Shown here one piece after another: positions 8,172 to 18,853 of a stretch of DNA of 64,000 nucleotides. A program made the translations under genes and the position numbers. The stretch lies in assembly GCA_943372025.1 (NCBI GenBank), contig CALRXC020000002.1, forward strand, positions 24,560 through 88,559. The letters are read 5' to 3'. The notes beneath the pieces were generated by a model. The model made no database searches. It was not told the DNA's origin and saw nothing but the letters and a program-made list of their open reading frames with translations. The stretch comes from Synechococcus sp. UW140 (GTDB lineage: Bacteria; Cyanobacteriota; Cyanobacteriia; PCC-6307; Cyanobiaceae). The stretch's first letter is position 1. Each line of letters opens with the position of its first letter.

Positions 8172-10542
8172 GGCTGATCGAATCGATGCCCTCCTCCACC
8201 AGAAAGCGGGCGAAATCGGGATGGTCGCTCGGAGCCTGACCACAGAGACCGATCTTGCGGCCACACCGTTTCGCCGTGCGGATCGCCAAGGCGATCATTG
8301 CCTTCACACTGGCGTGGCGTTCATCGAAGAGATCGGCCACCAGGGCCGAATCCCGATCGAGGCCCAGGGTGAGCTGGGTGAGGTCATTGGAGCCGATCGA
8401 GAAGCCATCGAAGCGTTCAGCGAAGGCCTCGGCGGCGATCACATTGCTGGGCAGTTCGCACATCACGAACACCTCCAGGCCCTTCTCACCGCGCACCAGA
8501 CCCTGCTCCGCCATCAAGGCCAGCACCTTGTCCCCCTCCTCGGGGGTGCGGCAGAAGGGCACCATCGGGATCGTGTTGGTGAGCCCCATCCCTTCCCGCA
8601 CCCGTTTGAGAGCCTGGCATTCCAGGGCGAACGCGGGGGCAAAGGCAGCGGAGGTGTAGCGGGAGGCGCCGCGCCAGCCGAGCATCGGATTCTCCTCGAT
8701 GGGCTCAAAGGCCGCTCCGCCCAGAAGCCGGGCGTATTCGTTGCTCTTGAAATCGGAGAAGCGCAGAATCACCGGCCTGGGATGGAAGGCAGCCGCGATG
8801 CGGGCCATGCCCTGGGCCAGCTTGTCGATGTAGTACTCGGCCGGATCGTTGTAGCCCCTGATTAATGCTGCGATCTGCGCCCTCTCCTGCTCCGAACTGA
8901 CCTTCTCAGGGTGGAGCAGGGCCAGCGGATGGACGCGGATGTGGTTGGCGATGATGAACTCGAGCCGCGCCAGCCCGACGCCGTCGCAGGGGATGGCGGC
9001 CAGGTTAAAGGCCTCCTCCGGATTGCCCACATTCATCAGGATGCGGGTGCTGGTGGTGGGCAAATCGCCGAGGGGCTGCTCATCGAGCCGGAAGGGCAGC
9101 CTTCCGGGATAGACATGACCCACCTCCCCCTCACAGCAGGAGAGCGTCACGGCGGCACCATCCTCAAGCAGTCGGGTGCCATCACCACTGCCCACAATGG
9201 CCGTGATACCCATCTCGCGGGCAATGATCGCCGCATGGCAGGTGCGGCCGCCCTGGTCGGTCACCACGCCGCTGGCCATGCGGAGGATCGGCTCCCAATC
9301 CGGATCGGTGCGCTCGGTGACCAGCACATCACCCCGCTGAAAATGCTCCATGGCGGCGGGATCGCGAATCAGACGCACCACTCCGTTGCTCACGGAAGCG
9401 CCGATGGCCTGGCCGCTCACGATCGGGCTCACCTGGTGGGGCTCCAGATGCCAACTGCGCAGCACCGCGCCACTGCGGCGGGATTCCACCGTCTCCGGTC
9501 GGGCCTGGAGGATATAAAGCTCACCGTCGGGGCCATCCTTGGCCCACTCGATGTCCATCGGGGTCGGGCTGCCCCGAAGAGCGGAGTAATGGGCTTCGAT
9601 CGTTACCGCCCAGCGGGCCAGGCTGAGCACTTCTTCGTCGCTGAGGGCGAAGCGCTGGCAATCGGCAGAGTCCACCGCCTCGATGCGTACCGGCCGTCCC
9701 GCTTCCGGGGGATCGGCACGCACCAGGCGGATCGCCTTGCTGCCCAGCCGGCGACTGAGAATCGGCCGGAAACCCTGGGCCAGGGTGGGCTTGAAGATCA
9801 GCCATTCATCGGGATTCACCGATCCCTGCACCACCGTCTCGCCCAGCCCGTAGGCGGCGGTGAGGAGCACCGCATCGCGAAAGCCGGTCTCGGTATCGAT
9901 GCTGAACATCACCCCGGAGCAGGCCCGATCCGCCACCACCATGCGCTGCACGCCGATCGAGAGGGCCACCTCAAGATGGTCGAAGCCCTGGAGCTGGCGG
10001 TAGGAGAGGGCCCGGTCGGTGAACAGGGAGGCATAGCAGCGGCGGCAGGCCTCCAGCAGGACCGCTTCCCCCTCGATATGCAGAAAGGTTTCCTGCTGGC
10101 CGGCGAAGCTGGCGTCGGGCAGATCCTCAGCGGTGGCGCTGGAGCGAACGGCCACAGCGGGAGCCCCCAGGGCGCGGTAAGCGATGCGGATCTCCTGCTC
10201 CAGCCGCTCGGGCAGGGGGGCTGCCAGCAGCAGGGATCGAGCCGCCTGGCCCGCGGCCTGAAGGGCGGCCAGATCGGTCGTGTCGAGGCCTTCCAGGATG
10301 GCGCGCAGAGAAGGCTCAAGGCCGTTGCTGGCGAGGAAGAGCCGGTAGGCGGCAGCTGTGGTGGCGAACCCTTCCGGCACGCGCACCCCCGAGGCGGCCA
10401 GGGTGCGGATCATCTCGCCGAGGGAGGCATTCTTGCCGCCCACGCTGGCGATCGCTTCCAGACCCACGGCGGCCAGCGGCAGCACTAGGGGCTGATCCGC
10501 GGCAGGTGCGGGGCGCACAGATCCTGAATCAGCGATGGCCAT
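8104..10542 (-). CDS. ppsA: Phosphoenolpyruvate synthase (pyruvate, water dikinase)
   Basis: VGGKNASLGEM, AVRSSATAEDLPDASFAGQQET, DIEWAKDG, GGRTCHAAIIARE (phospho-His) and FSIGSNDLTQL. Confidence 0.97.
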   Translation of the reverse strand: MAIADSGSVRPAPAADQPLVLPLAAVGLEAIASVGGKNASLGEMIRTLAASGVRVPEGFATTAAAYRLFLASNGLEPSLRAILEGLDTTDLAALQAAGQAARSLLLAAPLPERLEQEIRIAYRALGAPAVAVRSSATAEDLPDASFAGQQETFLHIEGEAVLLEACRRCYASLFTDRALSYRQLQGFDHLEVALSIGVQRMVVADRACSGVMFSIDTETGFRDAVLLTAAYGLGETVVQGSVNPDEWLIFKPTLAQGFRPILSRRLGSKAIRLVRADPPEAGRPVRIEAVDSADCQRFALSDEEVLSLARWAVTIEAHYSALRGSPTPMDIEWAKDGPDGELYILQARPETVESRRSGAVLRSWHLEPHQVSPIVSGQAIGASVSNGVVRLIRDPAAMEHFQRGDVLVTERTDPDWEPILRMASGVVTDQGGRTCHAAIIAREMGITAIVGSGDGTRLLEDGAAVTLSCCEGEVGHVYPGRLPFRLDEQPLGDLPTTSTRILMNVGNPEEAFNLAAIPCDGVGLARLEFIIANHIRVHPLALLHPEKVSSEQERAQIAALIRGYNDPAEYYIDKLAQGMARIAAAFHPRPVILRFSDFKSNEYARLLGGAAFEPIEENPMLGWRGASRYTSAAFAPAFALECQALKRVREGMGLTNTIPMVPFCRTPEEGDKVLALMAEQGLVRGEKGLEVFVMCELPSNVIAAEAFAERFDGFSIGSNDLTQLTLGLDRDSALVADLFDERHASVKAMIALAIRTAKRCGRKIGLCGQAPSDHPDFARFLVEEGIDSISLNPDAVVRTRLAVAALEAEAAQ

Positions 10543-10648
10543 GGGCGAGCTTCAAGCTGCTGCAACCATGGTCGCGGAATGGACACCTGGACGACGGGTG
10601 CGGCTCCGATCCGGATGGGGAACGCCCCCCGAAAGGGTGCTGCCGGGT

Positions 10649-10897
10649 TCAGGCGCCAGCGCCGGGACGTCTGCGGGATGGCGCCTCTCCCTTGGCAGGC
10701 GGGGATTCGGGCTTCGCTCGATCCGGCAGCACCAGCGCGAGCAGGCCTGCCACCACCAGCACCCCGCCCAGCCCCAAGGCCAGGGGACGGTTGGCGGCGG
10801 CGGGGCCGTCGATCCAGGCCGCCGTGGCCAGAAAGGCACCACCGAGCAACAGGCTGGGCACGAACACGATTCCCCTGGCGGTGCGGTTGAGGCCCAT
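10649..10897 (-). CDS. Small two-TM cyanobacterial membrane protein (GIVxVP-type)
   Basis: NRTARGIVFVPSLLLGGAFLA followed by a second hydrophobic helix. Confidence 0.8.
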   Translation of the reverse strand: MGLNRTARGIVFVPSLLLGGAFLATAAWIDGPAAANRPLALGLGGVLVVAGLLALVLPDRAKPESPPAKGEAPSRRRPGAGA

Positions 10898-10902
10898 GGG
10901 AT

Positions 10903-11340
10903 TCAGCCGCAGGGCAGGGGGCTGGCCAGCCCCGCAGCCACCAAACCGTCCGCCAGGTCACCGGTGTCGCGCTCAAGACTGCTCACCCGAGCCACCAGCA
11001 CCCCCTCCTCGCTCTCCGTCAGCGGCCGCAGGTTCACGCGGGTGCGGCGCGGCAGCCGCAACCGCAGCCAGGCTTGGGCGGCGGCCTCAGAGCCGGGGGT
11101 CACGGCCATGCAGCCGAGTTGCACCATGGCAGTGCGGTTGCGATCGCCGATCAGCAGGCGATCGGGTCCGCTCACCTGCAGCACTTCGGCTGCACTGACA
11201 GGAGCCACACCAAAAAAGAACGCCGGCAACAGCAGCAGGGCCGCCAGAGCGGTCGCCAGGAGTGAGGGGATCAGAGTTTGGCGCCGCAGTTTGGACAGAA
11301 CAGGTGGGCACTGGCGGTGGTTTCGCCGCAGGCGCCGCAC
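10903..11340 (-). CDS. Secreted thermonuclease (SNase)-fold-like protein; true start probably near 11270
   Basis: Signal peptide ([17 protein letters not shown]...VSA), then [19 protein letters not shown]...[15 protein letters not shown] and GLVAAGLA, matching the SNase-like pattern. Confidence 0.7.
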   Translation of the reverse strand: MRRLRRNHRQCPPVLSKLRRQTLIPSLLATALAALLLLPAFFFGVAPVSAAEVLQVSGPDRLLIGDRNRTAMVQLGCMAVTPGSEAAAQAWLRLRLPRRTRVNLRPLTESEEGVLVARVSSLERDTGDLADGLVAAGLASPLPCG

Positions 11341-13169
11341 TGGCGAATGGTGTCGATTGCCAGCTCCGGATGGCTGGGCAATCCAACCATCTGGGCATTG
11401 CTGGCCCCGGGGGGCACCATCGGATAGCAGTTCTCGTTGCGCCGCACCGTCACATCCACGAACACCGGACCGGGATGGGCCAGGGCCTCAGCCAGCAGGC
11501 GATGCAGATCGACGCGATCGCGAATGGCCATCCCCCTCACGCCAAACGCCTCGGCGAGGGCGGGAAAATCGGGCATGCCGCCGGTCATCTCGGAGGCGGA
11601 ATAGCGCTCCTCGTAGAAACTTTCCTGCCACTGGCGCACCATGCCCTGCCAGCCGTTGTTCAGCACCACCACTTTCACCGGCAGGTTGTACTGGCTCAGG
11701 GTGCCCAATTCCTGAATGTTCATCAGGATGCTGGCATCGCCGGCCACACAAATCACCTGGGCGTCGGGAAAGGCGGTCTGCACCCCCATCGCCGCGGGCA
11801 TGCCAAAGCCCATCGTGCCGAGGCCAGCGCTGCTGATCCAGTGGCGCGGCTGGGTGGGAAGGAACTGGGCGGCCCACATCTGGTGCTGGCCCACGTCGGT
11901 GGTGATGTAGGCCTTGGGAGCCAGCTCCCGCAGGGCAAGCACCACCTCCTGGGGGGCGATCTCACCGGTCGGTGAGGGCACCACCAGGGGGTAATGCTGC
12001 TTCCAACTGTCGATCCGCTGGAGCCAGGCTTCGGTGCGGCCATGGGACTGCTCACCCACCGAGGCGGCAAGCATCTGGCGGAGGGCCTGGTTCACATCCG
12101 CCACCACCGGCACCTCGGGGATGCGGTTTTTGCCCACCTCGGCGGCGTCGATGTCGATGTGGATCACCCGGGCCCGTGGCGCGAAACTGTCGAGACGGCC
12201 GGTGACCCGGTCATCGAAGCGAGCACCGGCGGCGATCAGCAGATCGCATTCGGTGACGGCGAAGTTGGCATAGGCGGTTCCATGCATGCCCAGCATCCCC
12301 ACCGCGAGGGGATGGCGCTCATCAAAGGCCCCCTTGCCCATCAGGGTGGTGGTGACCGGCAGGCGGAAGCGCTCGGCCAGCTCAAGAACGGCTTGATGGG
12401 CGCCGGAACTGATCGCTCCACCGCCCACGTAAAGGAGAGGGCGCTGGGCCTGGCGGATCAGTTCAAGGGCAGCGGCGATGGCGGCGGGGTCGGGGGGCTG
12501 GGCGCTTCTGAAGCCAGCGGGGACCGCCGCACCCGGCTCCACGGGGAGATAGTCGAACAGTTCGGCACCCACATCCTTGGGCACATCGATCAACACGGGG
12601 CCAGGCCGGCCGCTGGCAGCGATCAGGAAGGCCTCGGCCACGATCCGGCCGATGTCGGCGGGATCCCGCACCACCCAGGAATGTTTCACGATCGGCAAGG
12701 TGATGCCGAAGATATCGGTTTCCTGGAAGGCATCGGTACCGATCGCCGCCCGGGGCACCTGGCCTGTGATCACCACCATCGGCACCGAATCCATCTGGGC
12801 CGTGGCGATGCCGGTGACGAGATTGGTGGCACCGGGACCGGAGGTGCCAAAGCACACACCTACCTTGCCGGTGGCCCTGGCGTAGGCATCGGCCGCATGG
12901 GTGCCACCCTGTTCGTGGCGCACCAGGATGTGCTTGAGCCAGCCGCGGCTCTCAGCTTTGTGCAGCTCGTCGTAAATCGGCAGGATCGCTCCCCCCGGGT
13001 AGCCGAAGATGTGGCGCACCCCATGCCGGTGCAATGCATCCATCAGGGCATAGCCGCCGCTCACGCGCAGGCCCCGGCCGGAACCGGGAGCCGGCAAAGG
13101 AGCTGAGCCGAGGTCGACGGATGGAGACGGGGCGGTCGTTGCCGCGATGTTCAGGGGCGTGAGGGTCAC
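11271..13169 (-). CDS. ilvB: Acetolactate synthase large (catalytic) subunit with C-terminal zinc ribbon
   Basis: [33 protein letters not shown] and [12 protein letters not shown] (ThDP motif). Tail CGAC...CPNC. Confidence 0.96.
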   Translation of the reverse strand: MTLTPLNIAATTAPSPSVDLGSAPLPAPGSGRGLRVSGGYALMDALHRHGVRHIFGYPGGAILPIYDELHKAESRGWLKHILVRHEQGGTHAADAYARATGKVGVCFGTSGPGATNLVTGIATAQMDSVPMVVITGQVPRAAIGTDAFQETDIFGITLPIVKHSWVVRDPADIGRIVAEAFLIAASGRPGPVLIDVPKDVGAELFDYLPVEPGAAVPAGFRSAQPPDPAAIAAALELIRQAQRPLLYVGGGAISSGAHQAVLELAERFRLPVTTTLMGKGAFDERHPLAVGMLGMHGTAYANFAVTECDLLIAAGARFDDRVTGRLDSFAPRARVIHIDIDAAEVGKNRIPEVPVVADVNQALRQMLAASVGEQSHGRTEAWLQRIDSWKQHYPLVVPSPTGEIAPQEVVLALRELAPKAYITTDVGQHQMWAAQFLPTQPRHWISSAGLGTMGFGMPAAMGVQTAFPDAQVICVAGDASILMNIQELGTLSQYNLPVKVVVLNNGWQGMVRQWQESFYEERYSASEMTGGMPDFPALAEAFGVRGMAIRDRVDLHRLLAEALAHPGPVFVDVTVRRNENCYPMVPPGASNAQMVGLPSHPELAIDTIRQCGACGETTASAHLFCPNCGAKL

Positions 13170-13210
13170 GGCGGCAGGAGGCGGGATAGGGCGGAGCGGA
13201 GGAAGTTGTC

Positions 13211-13819
13211 CTAGCGGAACAGCCCAACACTAGGTCGGCGACCCAGGGAAGTCCGGGGATCGCTACGGCTCGCGGCCATCGCCCGGAGCACCCGGGCCGG
13301 ATCGAGCCAGGTGCCCCGGTAGCGAAGCCCCCAGTGGAGATGGGGGCCGGTGGTCGATCCGGTCATGCCCACATGGCCGATGACCTGGCCAGAGCGAAGT
13401 CGTTGGCCCTCCAGCAGTTGCACCGGACCACTGCTGTAACGGGGTCCGTTAACGATGCCGCCCAGGTGGCAATAAACATGCTCATAGTCCCCCGAGCGGA
13501 TCACCAGGCCGTTGCCACAGCCACCGTCCTGGATCACCTCCACCAGCTGGCCACTCCACCAGTTGCGAACAGGAGCCCCAAGGGGGGCAGCGATGTCGAT
13601 GCCGTCGTGGGAGCGCAGCGAGCCGGAGAGGGGATGGACCCTCATGCCGAAGGAGCTGGTGTAGCCCGCAAAGCCCACCACCGGAAATACCCCCTGGATC
13701 CAACCCAGCTCACCCACCGCCCGAGCGTCGCCAGGGAAGGCGAAGGCGGCCCCGAGGCCCAGGAACAGCGGAGCCAGGGAAATGCCACGAAGGGGCGGGA
13801 GGCGACGCCGGCCCTGCAC
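13211..13819 (-). CDS. M23 family metallopeptidase (cell-wall endopeptidase)
   Basis: [22 protein letters not shown] and [11 protein letters not shown] motifs, with an N-terminal signal or TM segment. Start uncertain (GTG at 13819). Confidence 0.9.
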   Translation of the reverse strand: MQGRRRLPPLRGISLAPLFLGLGAAFAFPGDARAVGELGWIQGVFPVVGFAGYTSSFGMRVHPLSGSLRSHDGIDIAAPLGAPVRNWWSGQLVEVIQDGGCGNGLVIRSGDYEHVYCHLGGIVNGPRYSSGPVQLLEGQRLRSGQVIGHVGMTGSTTGPHLHWGLRYRGTWLDPARVLRAMAASRSDPRTSLGRRPSVGLFR

Positions 13820-13838
13820 ACCCCGCCGGGTCCGGACC

Positions 13839-15014
13839 TCAGAGCAGGCCAAGGGCATGCAGGGGACCATGGCCACTGATCAGTTCCAACAGGAAAGCGG
13901 AGAATCCCACCATCGCCAACCTTCCATTCCAAACCTCGGAACTGTTGTTCCAGCCCCAGGCCCACTTGTCCTGGGGGTAGAGCTTGACCCGGGTGGGCAG
14001 CTCGGCGGCCTGGTCGAGATTCACCTCGGGGCCCGCCATCGCCTCCTGGACCAGGTCGGCGAGGCCGGCGATGAAGGTGGGATCGATGTCGAGGGCCGGC
14101 ACCCGCAGGAAGTTGATCACCCCGGCCTCGGTGGCGATCTCGCGATATTCGATGTCGATCTCCTCGAGGGTCTCGATGTGTTCGCTCACGAAGCTGATCG
14201 GCACCACCACCAGATCCTTCACCCCCGCCTCGCCTAGTTCGTGGAGAGCGTCCTCGGTGTAGGGCTTAAGCCACTCCACCGGGCCGACGCGGCTCTGGTA
14301 GGCGAGTGTGTGGGGATTGGTGTGGCCCAGTTCGCGCTCCAGGCGCTGCATGATCAAGAGGGTGCAGGCCTCGATCTCCCGCTGGTAGGGATCGCCGGCC
14401 TCCTCCACGTAGCTCTTGGGCACGCCGTGGGCACTGAAGAACACATGGGCCCCGGCCGGATCGCCGGCGGCGCGGATCTGGCGGGCGATCAGGCCGCCCA
14501 TGGCCTCGATGTAACCGTGGTGGTCATACCAGCTGCGGATGCAGCGGATCGGCAGCCGGCTGAAGGCCGCGTCGGCTTGGCGCAGCCGCTGCAGCTCCCG
14601 GAAGCTCGAGCCGCTGGTGCTGATCGAGAACTGGGGATAGAGCGGTAGCACCACCACCTCCTCCACGCCGTCGGCCTTGATGTCGGCCACGGCCGATTCG
14701 GTGAAGGGATGCCAGTAGCGCATCGCTACGTAGGTGGTGGCGTCCACGCCCCGCTTGCGCAGGGTGCTCTGCAGTTCACGGGCCTGCTGCTCAGTAATCC
14801 GTCGCAGGGGGGAACCGCCGCCAATCGACCGGTAGGCCGCCTGGGACTTGCCGCTGCGCAAGGTGCTGATCAACCAGGCCAGGGGCTTCTGGAAGGCCGG
14901 AATCGGCAACCGGATGATCTCCGGATCGGCGAATAGGTTGTACAGGAAGGGGCCCACGTCCTGGATCCGTTCCGGCCCGCCGAGGTTCAGCAGCACCACC
15001 CCGACCCTGGCCAT
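13839..15014 (-). CDS. hemH: Ferrochelatase with C-terminal CAB/HLIP domain
   Basis: [29 protein letters not shown] and [14 protein letters not shown]-terminus [13 protein letters not shown]. Confidence 0.97.
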   Translation of the reverse strand: MARVGVVLLNLGGPERIQDVGPFLYNLFADPEIIRLPIPAFQKPLAWLISTLRSGKSQAAYRSIGGGSPLRRITEQQARELQSTLRKRGVDATTYVAMRYWHPFTESAVADIKADGVEEVVVLPLYPQFSISTSGSSFRELQRLRQADAAFSRLPIRCIRSWYDHHGYIEAMGGLIARQIRAAGDPAGAHVFFSAHGVPKSYVEEAGDPYQREIEACTLLIMQRLERELGHTNPHTLAYQSRVGPVEWLKPYTEDALHELGEAGVKDLVVVPISFVSEHIETLEEIDIEYREIATEAGVINFLRVPALDIDPTFIAGLADLVQEAMAGPEVNLDQAAELPTRVKLYPQDKWAWGWNNSSEVWNGRLAMVGFSAFLLELISGHGPLHALGLL

Positions 15015-15054
15015 GTCCCGTTCGCCCTGCTGAAAGGGTGAGCGTAACGCCGGA

Positions 15055-15076
15055 CCCTGAAGGGCGCTGTTCAGGG
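15055..15076. promoter_or_regulatory. 7-8-7 inverted repeat in the hemH/integrase divergent intergenic region
   Basis: CCCTGAA-GGGCGCTG-TTCAGGG with perfect arms. Function is inferred only. Confidence 0.35.
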
Positions 15077-15121
15077 CTGGCGACCCGGGTGTGGGCTCGA
15101 TAGGGTCCGCGGCAGAGGTCC

Positions 15122-16396
15122 GTGGTCCCCCTGAGCGACACCGCCCACGCCTTTGAGGAGGCCCTCCGGGGCCAGAACGCGCTGCTGGCCTCCCGGGGCA
15201 GCCGTTGGATGCTGCAGATCCGGGGAGGGCGTCTCTGCCTGCGGGGCCCCCTGCCCCGCAAGGATGGTCAACCGGGATTGCTGCGGCAACGCCTCAGCCT
15301 TGGCCTGCCGGCCGATCAGCAGGGACTGGGGCGGGCCCTCGCGCAGCTGGCGGGGCTGGAGCGCCAGCTGGGGGAGCACCGCTTCCGCTGGGAGGACTGG
15401 GGGCGTCCCCATCCTCGTGATGACGGCGGGGACGTACCGCCGCAAGGGGCGGGGGAGCCCCGTGGCATCTCCGGATCCGACGCCGGCCAGCCGCTGCCTG
15501 CCGCTACCAAGGAAATCTCTCCCGATCCGCCCCTGGAACAGCGGCTGAGCAACTTCGAACAGGCCTTCTTCGCCGATCCAAAACGCCGCCGTCGCTCCGG
15601 CAGCCGCACCACCTGGAGCGCCGCCTATCTGCCCTACCTGCGCCGCTTGGCTGCCCACGCAGACAGGGGCCAGCCGCAACCCTTCGGAACGGCGCTGCTG
15701 GAGGAGGTGGTGGAGAGCTATGGGCTGGCCAGCCGCAGCCGGCAGCAGTGCGCCATCGCCCTGGCGGCCCTGGCCCGCCACCAGGGCCTCGATCTCCCCG
15801 CCGACTGGTCGGAGAGGGCGGCGGGCTACGGGCTCCATGCCGCCCGCTTCCGCCAGCTCCCGAGCGATGCCGAGATCCTCACCCTGGTGGATCGCATCCC
15901 CAACGAAGGCTGGCGTCTGGCCTATGGCCTGATGGCCACCTATGGCTTGCGAAATCATGAGGTGTTCTTCTGCGACTGCTCCGCCCTCGCGCCGGGCGGC
16001 GATCGGGTGATCCGGGTGTTGCCCACCAGCAAGACCGGTGAACACCAGGTGTGGCCGTTTCAACCCGCCTGGGTGGAGCACTTCGGGCTGGAGCTACTGG
16101 GCCGGGATCGCCACGTCCTGCCGCCGGTACGCACCGACCTGGTGCGCACCACCCTCCAGCAGGTGGGGCGTCGGGTGGCGGAGCAGTTCCGGCGCTACGA
16201 GCTGCCGATCACCCCCTACGACCTTCGTCACGCCTGGGCCGTGCGCACCATCCACGTGGGCCTCCCCGACACGGTGGCGGCGCGGATGATGGGGCACTCG
16301 GTGGGCATCCATACCCGCACCTATCACCACTGGATCACCCGCCGCGACCAGCAGCAGGCGGTGGACGCTGCCCTGCAGCGGCTGCGGGCGGCCTGA
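15122..16396 (+). CDS. Tyrosine recombinase / site-specific integrase (cyanobacterial XisA/XisC-like type)
   Basis: YGLRNHE (R), SKTG (K), PYDLRH (Y-x-x-R), MMGH (H) and HTRTY (Y) catalytic set. Confidence 0.92.
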   Translation: MVPLSDTAHAFEEALRGQNALLASRGSRWMLQIRGGRLCLRGPLPRKDGQPGLLRQRLSLGLPADQQGLGRALAQLAGLERQLGEHRFRWEDWGRPHPRDDGGDVPPQGAGEPRGISGSDAGQPLPAATKEISPDPPLEQRLSNFEQAFFADPKRRRRSGSRTTWSAAYLPYLRRLAAHADRGQPQPFGTALLEEVVESYGLASRSRQQCAIALAALARHQGLDLPADWSERAAGYGLHAARFRQLPSDAEILTLVDRIPNEGWRLAYGLMATYGLRNHEVFFCDCSALAPGGDRVIRVLPTSKTGEHQVWPFQPAWVEHFGLELLGRDRHVLPPVRTDLVRTTLQQVGRRVAEQFRRYELPITPYDLRHAWAVRTIHVGLPDTVAARMMGHSVGIHTRTYHHWITRRDQQQAVDAALQRLRAA

Positions 16397-16408
16397 TCAA
16401 CCCCGCAA

Positions 16409-16433
16409 CGGGCCCGCGGCCGACCGGGGCCCG
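16409..16433 (+). other. GC-rich stem-loop just after the integrase stop
   Basis: CGGGCCC-g-CGG-CCGA-CCG-GGGCCCG. There is no U-tract, so it is not a canonical intrinsic terminator. Confidence 0.3.
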
Positions 16434-16469
16434 CCAGAATTGCCGTGCTCCCGCCTCCGCAACTCCCGC

Positions 16470-17180
16470 GTGCCGCCCATCCAGCCCGAACAGAACGGCG
16501 TCGATACGCCCTCAGCCCTGGAGAGCCCCCTCGACCGGGCCGCGGCCGAGCTCGGACCCGGCGGGGATCTTGCTCCCGAGAAGGAGGCGGAGGCCTACCG
16601 GCGCCGCATGGCCAGGCGCCAGGAGGTGCAGCGCCAGAGGGTGGGGGAACGCAACCTGGAAAAGGGCCTGGTGCTGGTCTTCACCGGCGATGGCAAGGGC
16701 AAGACCACCGCGGCCCTGGGCCTGGTGCTGCGCACCCTGGGCCACGGTGAGCAGGTGGCGGTGGTGCAGTTCATCAAGGGGGGCTGGCAGCCCGGTGAAG
16801 CCAAGGCCCTCGCCTTATTCGGTGAATCGCTTCACTGGCATGCCCTGGGAGAGGGATTCACCTGGGAAACCCAGGACCGGGAGAGGGATCGCGAGCTGGT
16901 GCAGCGGGCTTGGGAGCGCTCCTGCTCCTACCTCGCCGATGCAGAGCGCAGGCTGGTGGTGCTCGATGAGGTGAATGTGGCCCTCAAGCTGGGCTATCTG
17001 GAGCTTGATCAGGTGCTGGAAGGGTTGCGTCTGCGCCCACCCCTCACCCACGTGGCCCTGACGGGCCGTGGGGCGCCCCCGGGCCTGCTGGAGCAGGCCG
17101 ATCTGGTCACCGAGATGCGGCTGGTGCGCCACCCCTTCCGGGAGCAGGGGGTGAAGGCCCAGGCGGGAATCGAGTTCTGA
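16470..17180 (+). CDS. cobO: Cob(I)yrinic acid a,c-diamide adenosyltransferase
   Basis: GLVLVFTGDGKGKTTAALG P-loop, VQFIKG, VVLDEVN, LTGR and ADLVTEM...HPF...KAQAGIEF. Start uncertain (16440 or 16470). Confidence 0.95.
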   Translation: MPPIQPEQNGVDTPSALESPLDRAAAELGPGGDLAPEKEAEAYRRRMARRQEVQRQRVGERNLEKGLVLVFTGDGKGKTTAALGLVLRTLGHGEQVAVVQFIKGGWQPGEAKALALFGESLHWHALGEGFTWETQDRERDRELVQRAWERSCSYLADAERRLVVLDEVNVALKLGYLELDQVLEGLRLRPPLTHVALTGRGAPPGLLEQADLVTEMRLVRHPFREQGVKAQAGIEF

Positions 17181-17250
17181 GCGGGCACGGTGGCGCTCCA
17201 GAGCGGAGAGTTTTTGTGCAGCAGAGCTATGGGCGGTGGACTATGGGCGC

Positions 17251-17481
17251 TCAGTCGGCTGAAGCCTTGCCCGGCAGATCCGCCCGCAGCCGGACCATGG
17301 AGCCCATGAGCACCGAAAGGCCGCTCACCAGAACGGCCCGATGCACGATCGGATCGCGCCAAACGGACGGATCGGCGCTGGCTCTCTCCAAGACACACCA
17401 TCGGTCCAGCCAAGCGCGACCGGGCCCGGCTGGCAAGGCGCCCAGCAGCAGGAGTGAGGGTGCGGGATGGCTCTCCCACAC
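17251..17481 (-). CDS. Small hypothetical protein
   Basis: 76-aa ORF filling the cobO-pyrH gap, with fairly GC3-rich codons and a hydrophobic C-terminal segment (AVLVSGLSVLMGSMV). Confidence 0.45.
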   Translation of the reverse strand: MWESHPAPSLLLLGALPAGPGRAWLDRWCVLERASADPSVWRDPIVHRAVLVSGLSVLMGSMVRLRADLPGKASAD

Positions 17482-17543
17482 GGGGGCGGCCTTGAGGTGC
17501 GCTGGGGCAGGGGTTGCTACTGTTCGCAGGATCGAAGGGCTCG

Positions 17544-18257
17544 ATGGCTTACCGGCGCGTTCTTCTCAAGCTCAGTGGCGAAGCCCTGATGGGCGCCCAG
17601 GGTTACGGCATCGATCCGGCGATCGTGCAGTCGATCGCCAGGGATGTAGCCGCCGTGGTGGCCTCCGGAACCCAATTGGCGATCGTGGTGGGCGGGGGCA
17701 ACATCTTCAGGGGTCTGAAGGGCTCTGCCGCCGGCATGGATCGCGCCACCGCCGATTATGTGGGCATGTTGGCCACGGTGATGAATGCCATCACCCTGCA
17801 GGACGGACTGGAGCGGGCCGGGGTACCGACCCGGGTCCAGAGCGCCATCTCGATGCAGGAGGTGGCCGAGCCCTACATCCGCCGCAAGGCCATCCGCCAC
17901 ATGGAGAAGGGGCGGGTTGTGATCTTTGCGGCCGGTACAGGCAATCCCTTCTTCACCACCGACACCACCGCCGCCCTGCGGGCCGCCGAGATCGGCGCCG
18001 ATGTGGTCTTCAAGGCCACCAAAGTGGATGGGGTCTACGACCGCGATCCAGCCCGCTATCCCGATGCGGTGCGCTACGAGAGCCTCACCTTCCTTGATGT
18101 ACTGAGTGGCGAGTTGGAGGTGATGGATGGCACGGCCATCGCCCTCTGCAAAGACAACGCCATCCCGATCGTGGTGTTTGATCTGTTTGGCACAGGCAAC
18201 ATCGGGCGGGCCGTTGCCGGGGAGTCCATCGGCACCCGCATCGTGCCTTCCCACTGA
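17544..18257 (+). CDS. pyrH: UMP kinase
   Basis: [42 protein letters not shown] and KVDGVYD. Confidence 0.98.
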   Translation: MAYRRVLLKLSGEALMGAQGYGIDPAIVQSIARDVAAVVASGTQLAIVVGGGNIFRGLKGSAAGMDRATADYVGMLATVMNAITLQDGLERAGVPTRVQSAISMQEVAEPYIRRKAIRHMEKGRVVIFAAGTGNPFFTTDTTAALRAAEIGADVVFKATKVDGVYDRDPARYPDAVRYESLTFLDVLSGELEVMDGTAIALCKDNAIPIVVFDLFGTGNIGRAVAGESIGTRIVPSH

Positions 18258-18313
18258 GCCCTCAACCGCCTCCGCTTTCCCCCTCTCCAGCCCCCGTCTG
18301 AGCAACCAACACC

Positions 18314-18853
18314 ATGGACCTTGAAGCCAGCATGCGCAAATCGGTGGAAGCCACCCAGCGTACCTTCAACACCATCCGCACCGGCCGGGCCAACCCCTCC
18401 CTGCTCGACAAGATCATGGTCGAGTACTACGGCGCCGAAACCGCGCTGAAAGCGCTGGCCACGATCAGCACTCCCGATTCCCAGACCATCCAGATTCAAC
18501 CCTTTGATTCTGGCTCCATCCACCTGATCGAGAAGGCGATCGGCATGAGTGATCTAGGCCTGACCCCCAACAACGACGGCAAGGCGATCCGGATCAACAT
18601 CCCACCGCTCACGGAGGATCGTCGTAAGGAGTTCTGCAAACTGGCGGCAAAGTATGCCGAGGAGGGCAAAGTGGCGCTCCGCAACATCCGCCGGGATGGA
18701 ATCGATAAAATCAAGAAACTGGAAAAGGAAGGTGACTATTCAGAAGACCAGAGTCGCGATGCCCAGGAGAAGGTGCAGAAACTCACCGACCGCTTCATCA
18801 ACGAACTCGAGAAACACCTGGCCGATAAGGAAACCGACATCCTCAAGGTTTGA
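18314..18853 (+). CDS. frr: Ribosome recycling factor
   Basis: [23 protein letters not shown] and ALRNIRRD. Follows pyrH. Confidence 0.98.
   Translation: MDLEASMRKSVEATQRTFNTIRTGRANPSLLDKIMVEYYGAETALKALATISTPDSQTIQIQPFDSGSIHLIEKAIGMSDLGLTPNNDGKAIRINIPPLTEDRRKEFCKLAAKYAEEGKVALRNIRRDGIDKIKKLEKEGDYSEDQSRDAQEKVQKLTDRFINELEKHLADKETDILKV

Noticed and set aside
13839-13960. CAB/HLIP domain on ferrochelatase as a novelty
   Set aside because: It is a well-described feature of cyanobacterial and plastid type-II ferrochelatases.
15015-16440. Integrase as the marker of a prophage or genomic island
   Set aside because: No tRNA, att direct repeats, cargo or compositional shift; the flanks are hemH and cobO.
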